Source: Albugo candida (lineage: Eukaryota). Taken from it: a stretch of 37,653 nt of DNA. The notes beneath the pieces are model-generated. The model saw only the letters and a list, made by a program, of their open reading frames with translations, was not told where the DNA came from and did no database searches. A program made the position numbers and the translations under genes. The DNA lies in NCBI GenBank assembly GCA_040437565.1, contig JBDOQK010000068.1, positions 124,001 through 161,653 of the forward strand, in the 5' to 3' direction. Positions 34,101-37,653 of the stretch are shown in pieces (the stretch's first letter is position 1; each line of letters begins with the position of its first letter).

Positions 34101-34941
34101 TATCAGGAGGTAGCCCAACCGCAGGAGCAGTTTCTAGAACTTTCTGATGACGACGCTGAACAGAACAATCTCGATGATGGAGGTGGACGACATTCCCTTT
34201 GCCGTCACCGAGGATTTGGACCTCAATGTGTCGTGGTTTTTCGAGGTAGCGTTCAATGAAGACGGTTCCATCTCCGAACGCAGCCAATGCTTCCGAGCTT
34301 GCACGATGAAAACTCTCTTCCAGTTCTTCTTCTCGCATCACAACACGCATTCCTCGACCTCCTCCACCCATACTCGCCTTGATAATCACTGGATAGTCCA
34401 CACCAGAGTTGATAAACTGCCGAGCTTGTTCCAATGTCCTCACAGGACCATCCGTCCCAGGAATGACCGGAACATTGTTCTTGATTGCCATAGCTCGTGC
34501 AGCTGTTTTATCTCCAAATCGCTTCAAGTTCTCAGGAGTTGGACCGACGAAAATGATGTTGTGGAGAGCGCATTGTTTAGCAAATTCGACGTTTTCAGAG
34601 AGGAAGCCGTACCCGGGATGAATAGCATCCACCTCGTTGGATTTGGCAATGTGAATGATGGAATTGATGTCGAGGTACGCTCCAACGGGTGTTTTATCAC
34701 TTCCAACAAGGAAGGATTCATCGGCTTTGTAGCGGTGCTGGGTAAAGCGGTCTTCTTTGGAGAATATTCCCACGGTCTGAAGGCCCAATTCATTTCCAGC
34801 ACGCATTATTCGAGTAGCAATTTCTCCACGATTAGCTGCCATAATTTTTCTGATGGAGCTTGCGTTACGGGAATGGCTCCATACGTGCTTGGGCAAAGTC
34901 ACGTCAGGTAGGGCGACACGACGAGGGCGAAAGCGAAGCAT
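31103..34941 (-). CDS. PYC: Pyruvate carboxylase; intron 31285-31236, last exon 31235-31103; internal gap duplicate 32972-33111/33212-33351
   Basis: ANRGEIA, HPGYGFLSEN, GGGGRGMR, RDCSVQRRHQK, RDAHQSLLATR, WGGATFDV, KVTPSSK. The spliced last exon supplies the SAMKMET biotinylation motif. Mitochondrial-type N-terminus. Confidence 0.97.
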
Positions 34942-35281
34942 CTTGCTGGTTTTTTAGTATGATTTGTGCGGCTACTTTTTTCTGTAAAGAACACCCTTTT
35001 TTATAGAATTCATAGNNNNNNNNNNNNNNNNNNNNNNNNNNNNNNNNNNNNNNNNNNNNNNNNNNNNNNNNNNNNNNNNNNNNNNNNNNNNNNNNNNNNN
35101 NNNNNNNNNNNNNNNTCATAGTTTTATTAGGCTTATTAACACTCGATTAGAGTATACGCTAAGAGGGATAGAAGCCAGCACTAGTCCGAGCTTTTAGATG
35201 TGTTTGTGAGCTGTTCTCACCGATGGTGCCATCCACATCCACATACGATCCGTTCATAAAGCAGATACATATTGAGACTGC

Positions 35282-37653
35282 TTAGCATCTCAGCATTTTT
35301 CGCACAAGAAAAAACAGCAAAAGTATCCACATTTGCCAGCTTTCAATGAATGCTTCCAAAAGTGCTTGAATCGCAGTCTTTGTCGCTATAAGAGGCTCAT
35401 TCGCCAAGCAAATATCTCTCGGAATGATTTCATATGCCAATTTGGGGCAAAATCCGATGATCGGTCTCGGGTGCGGAGAATTGTACACTAATTGCCTTAG
35501 AGACCAAAATGATATGATCCACGTGCAGCCAACAGCAGCAACCCACATACGACGCCTACATGACCATGTGCCTTGTTCGAGATCTGTATCAGCGCGGCCA
35601 TTAGTGTATATCATGATACGTGAGTTTTCTATGATGAAATCCAGCCAGCCAGCCGAATAGTGACGAGAAGGGCAGTACAACTGCCGATTTGCCGAGACGA
35701 AAATGTGCCAGTCTCCTCCAAATTCAATCGTTAGATTCCTCTATCCAGAAAAATTCATCAACGTTGTACAATCTTTCGCAAGGACTTGATTGCTTACCTT
35801 TAATTTGCGGGCCATTTTGACATCACAGGATGGCGCCTTGTATTTTTTCTTTAGCTCAATCGTGTTGAAAAGAATCCATTGTTTCATGACGCCTTCCATG
35901 TTACCTCCAAGCAGAGTCGATTTCCTACAATCAGTCAAGCCACAAGTCAGCGAGAAAGCACCATATCTCGTCATCCTTACGTCTGTTTCGTCGTCATCGC
36001 TTCTCGTGTGATTTGGTCGACGGAAGCAATAATATGATGGAATGTTCGAAAAAAAAGAACCGCAAGCCCGAATTTGTCGCATCGTCGAACAAAATATGCG
36101 TCATTCCACTACACAGCACGATGTCATCTAAAAAGCAATGATTCTTCGAATCGGCTGACGTACACAACATATATCGGCTATAAACTCAGCTCCGACCGCG
36201 ATATCCCACATCTTTGAGCCCATGTTCATCGATAAATGATGGAGCTCTTGTGCAAATTCTTCGCCATTGCTGGAAGTAGACGCTGCATTTATAATTATCT
36301 ATCATCGAGCATGCAAGATGTATTTAGATTACGACACGTGAAGAGCTACCTTTTCTTCCATACCCTATCGGCCTCGTCTTTGAGCTTTTTCGGAATAGAT
36401 GCATTGAATTGCTGGCTATAGTTTGTTGATCGAATTTGATAGTCACGCTTTTGAAGTGCCCACTCGGACGATTTATCGCTTGTGTGCCTTCTCCTCCAAT
36501 GCCGATTGTGATACGTAAGCCAATTGCCATCGTCGAGGTACGATTCTTGATCATAATTTGTCGCCATCTCAGAACGACAATGACCTGTACATTCTGGTTG
36601 GAACTCACTGCTATGGTCTTCATTCATTTTGACGTTCGATGCAGTATGACTTTGTGCATCCAAGCATTCCTGCTTCCCTACTGCTACATTTCCAGCAGTG
36701 CCATCATTCTCCTCCCCGTTTGAAGCTGAGGAGGACAAGCCGGCATGCTCAGGAACTCGATGCTTTCGACGTCTTTTGTTTCTTTTCTTTTTAGACACAG
36801 NNNNNNNNNNNNNNNNNNNNNNNNNNNNNNNNNNNNNNNNNNNNNNNNNNNNNNNNNNNNNNNNNNNNNNNNNNNNNNNNNNNNNNNNNNNNNNNNNNNN
36901 TCGATGCAGTATGACTTTGTGCATCCAAGCATTCCTGCTTCCCTACTGCTACATTTCCAGCAGTGCTATCATTCTCCTCCCCGTTTGAAGCTGAGGAGGA
37001 CAAGCCGGCATGCTCAGGAACTCGATGCTTTCGACGTCTTTTGTTTCTTTTCTTTTTAGACACAGCTGAAGCACTGTCGTGAATTTGTGTCAGTTTTTTT
37101 GTATCCAAAGCTTTAGAAGACGCTTGTAGTTCGGCATTCCAAATCATCTTCCTGACTCCTGGAGTAATGTAGGAACCCCGGCTTTCACTTTGTGTCTCTT
37201 CATTCATCGTCTGTTTAGCGTCAGATTGCTCCTTCACTACATTGAAGACGCTATGATCCGGGTCCTTTTCTGCTTCAGGTTGTGATACATCGAAATCCCT
37301 GACTTGGCGTTCGACCGCATTTTTTGTAGACTTTGCTTGCGGTGCCTGGGCAATCGAAGCATCTTTTTCATTTGTGACCATAGACGCTTCGCAAATTTTT
37401 GCGCTTTTTCCTTTCTTTTGGTTTTTGTTGACTCTCCTTACCATAAGGCTTTGCTGTTCTGATACGTGGTCTGTTTCAGACCTGTTAGATAGAGATTTCT
37501 TCGCTTCATTTCTTGAACATGATGCAACTTTGTCCATCTGATCCGGCTCATGTGTTCCGTCTGTAAGTTGTGTCATCTTTCCATCCGTAGCATCTACTCC
37601 TTCGTCTACCTTTGCCAGTTTCTGTGTCTTTTTGTTCTTCTTCTTCTTTTTTG
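35282..37653 (-). CDS. 5'-partial protein: long Lys/Glu-rich disordered N-terminus, two divergent dynein light chain type-1 (LC8)-like domains, two C-terminal hydrophobic helices; exons >=37653-36364, 36298-36164, 36108-35981, 35924-35798, 35740-35282
   Basis: Four 55-65 nt GT-AG introns give one open frame: ASIPKKLKDEADRIIINAAS...EFAQELHHLSMNMGSKMWDIAVGAEF...GLAVLFFR and GNMEGVMKQWIL...KMARKLKRNLTIEFGGDWHIFVS...WLDFIIENSRIMIY. Gap duplicate 36636-36800/36901-37065 lies within exon 1. Confidence 0.7.

Noticed and set aside
34147-34911. 254-aa plus-strand ORF
   Set aside because: Antisense shadow of pyruvate carboxylase
36100-36130. In-frame TGA after CCVVE as possible selenocysteine
   Set aside because: The acceptor at 36109 gives an open LC8-like frame; no support for recoding
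36636-37065. Repeat in the LC8-like gene N-terminal region
   Set aside because: Gap-flanking duplicate with one visible base difference; artefact or allele

Overview
Gene-dense eukaryotic scaffold with short GT-AG introns (50-72 nt), oomycete INR+FPR core promoters and eleven 100-N gaps, most flanked by duplicated contig ends. The gene content, especially a secreted CxxCxxxxxG (CCG/CHxC-type) protein, points to an oomycete, most likely Albugo (inference). Genes from left to right: Cys-rich EGF-like membrane protein (-), fused BIO3-BIO1 biotin enzyme, calmodulin 1, CCG effector candidate, calmodulin 2, Roadblock/LC7 protein, KIX-like+HRDC protein (-), small secreted acidic protein, NPC1-like sterol transporter, calmodulins 3 and 4, a Snapin-like fragment, calmodulin 5 (-), DTW-domain tRNA modifier (-), class I myosin, pyruvate carboxylase (-), and a 5'-truncated spliced gene (-) with two divergent dynein-LC8 domains plus C-terminal hydrophobic helices. 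The standout is five intact, non-identical calmodulin paralogues dispersed among unrelated genes over about 19.5 kb. Each carries homologous promoter and 3' motifs, with substitutions concentrated in the C-lobe (residue 96, M144K) and mosaic patterns suggesting gene conversion. Also notable: the myosin I and pyruvate carboxylase stop codons overlap in one CTAG.
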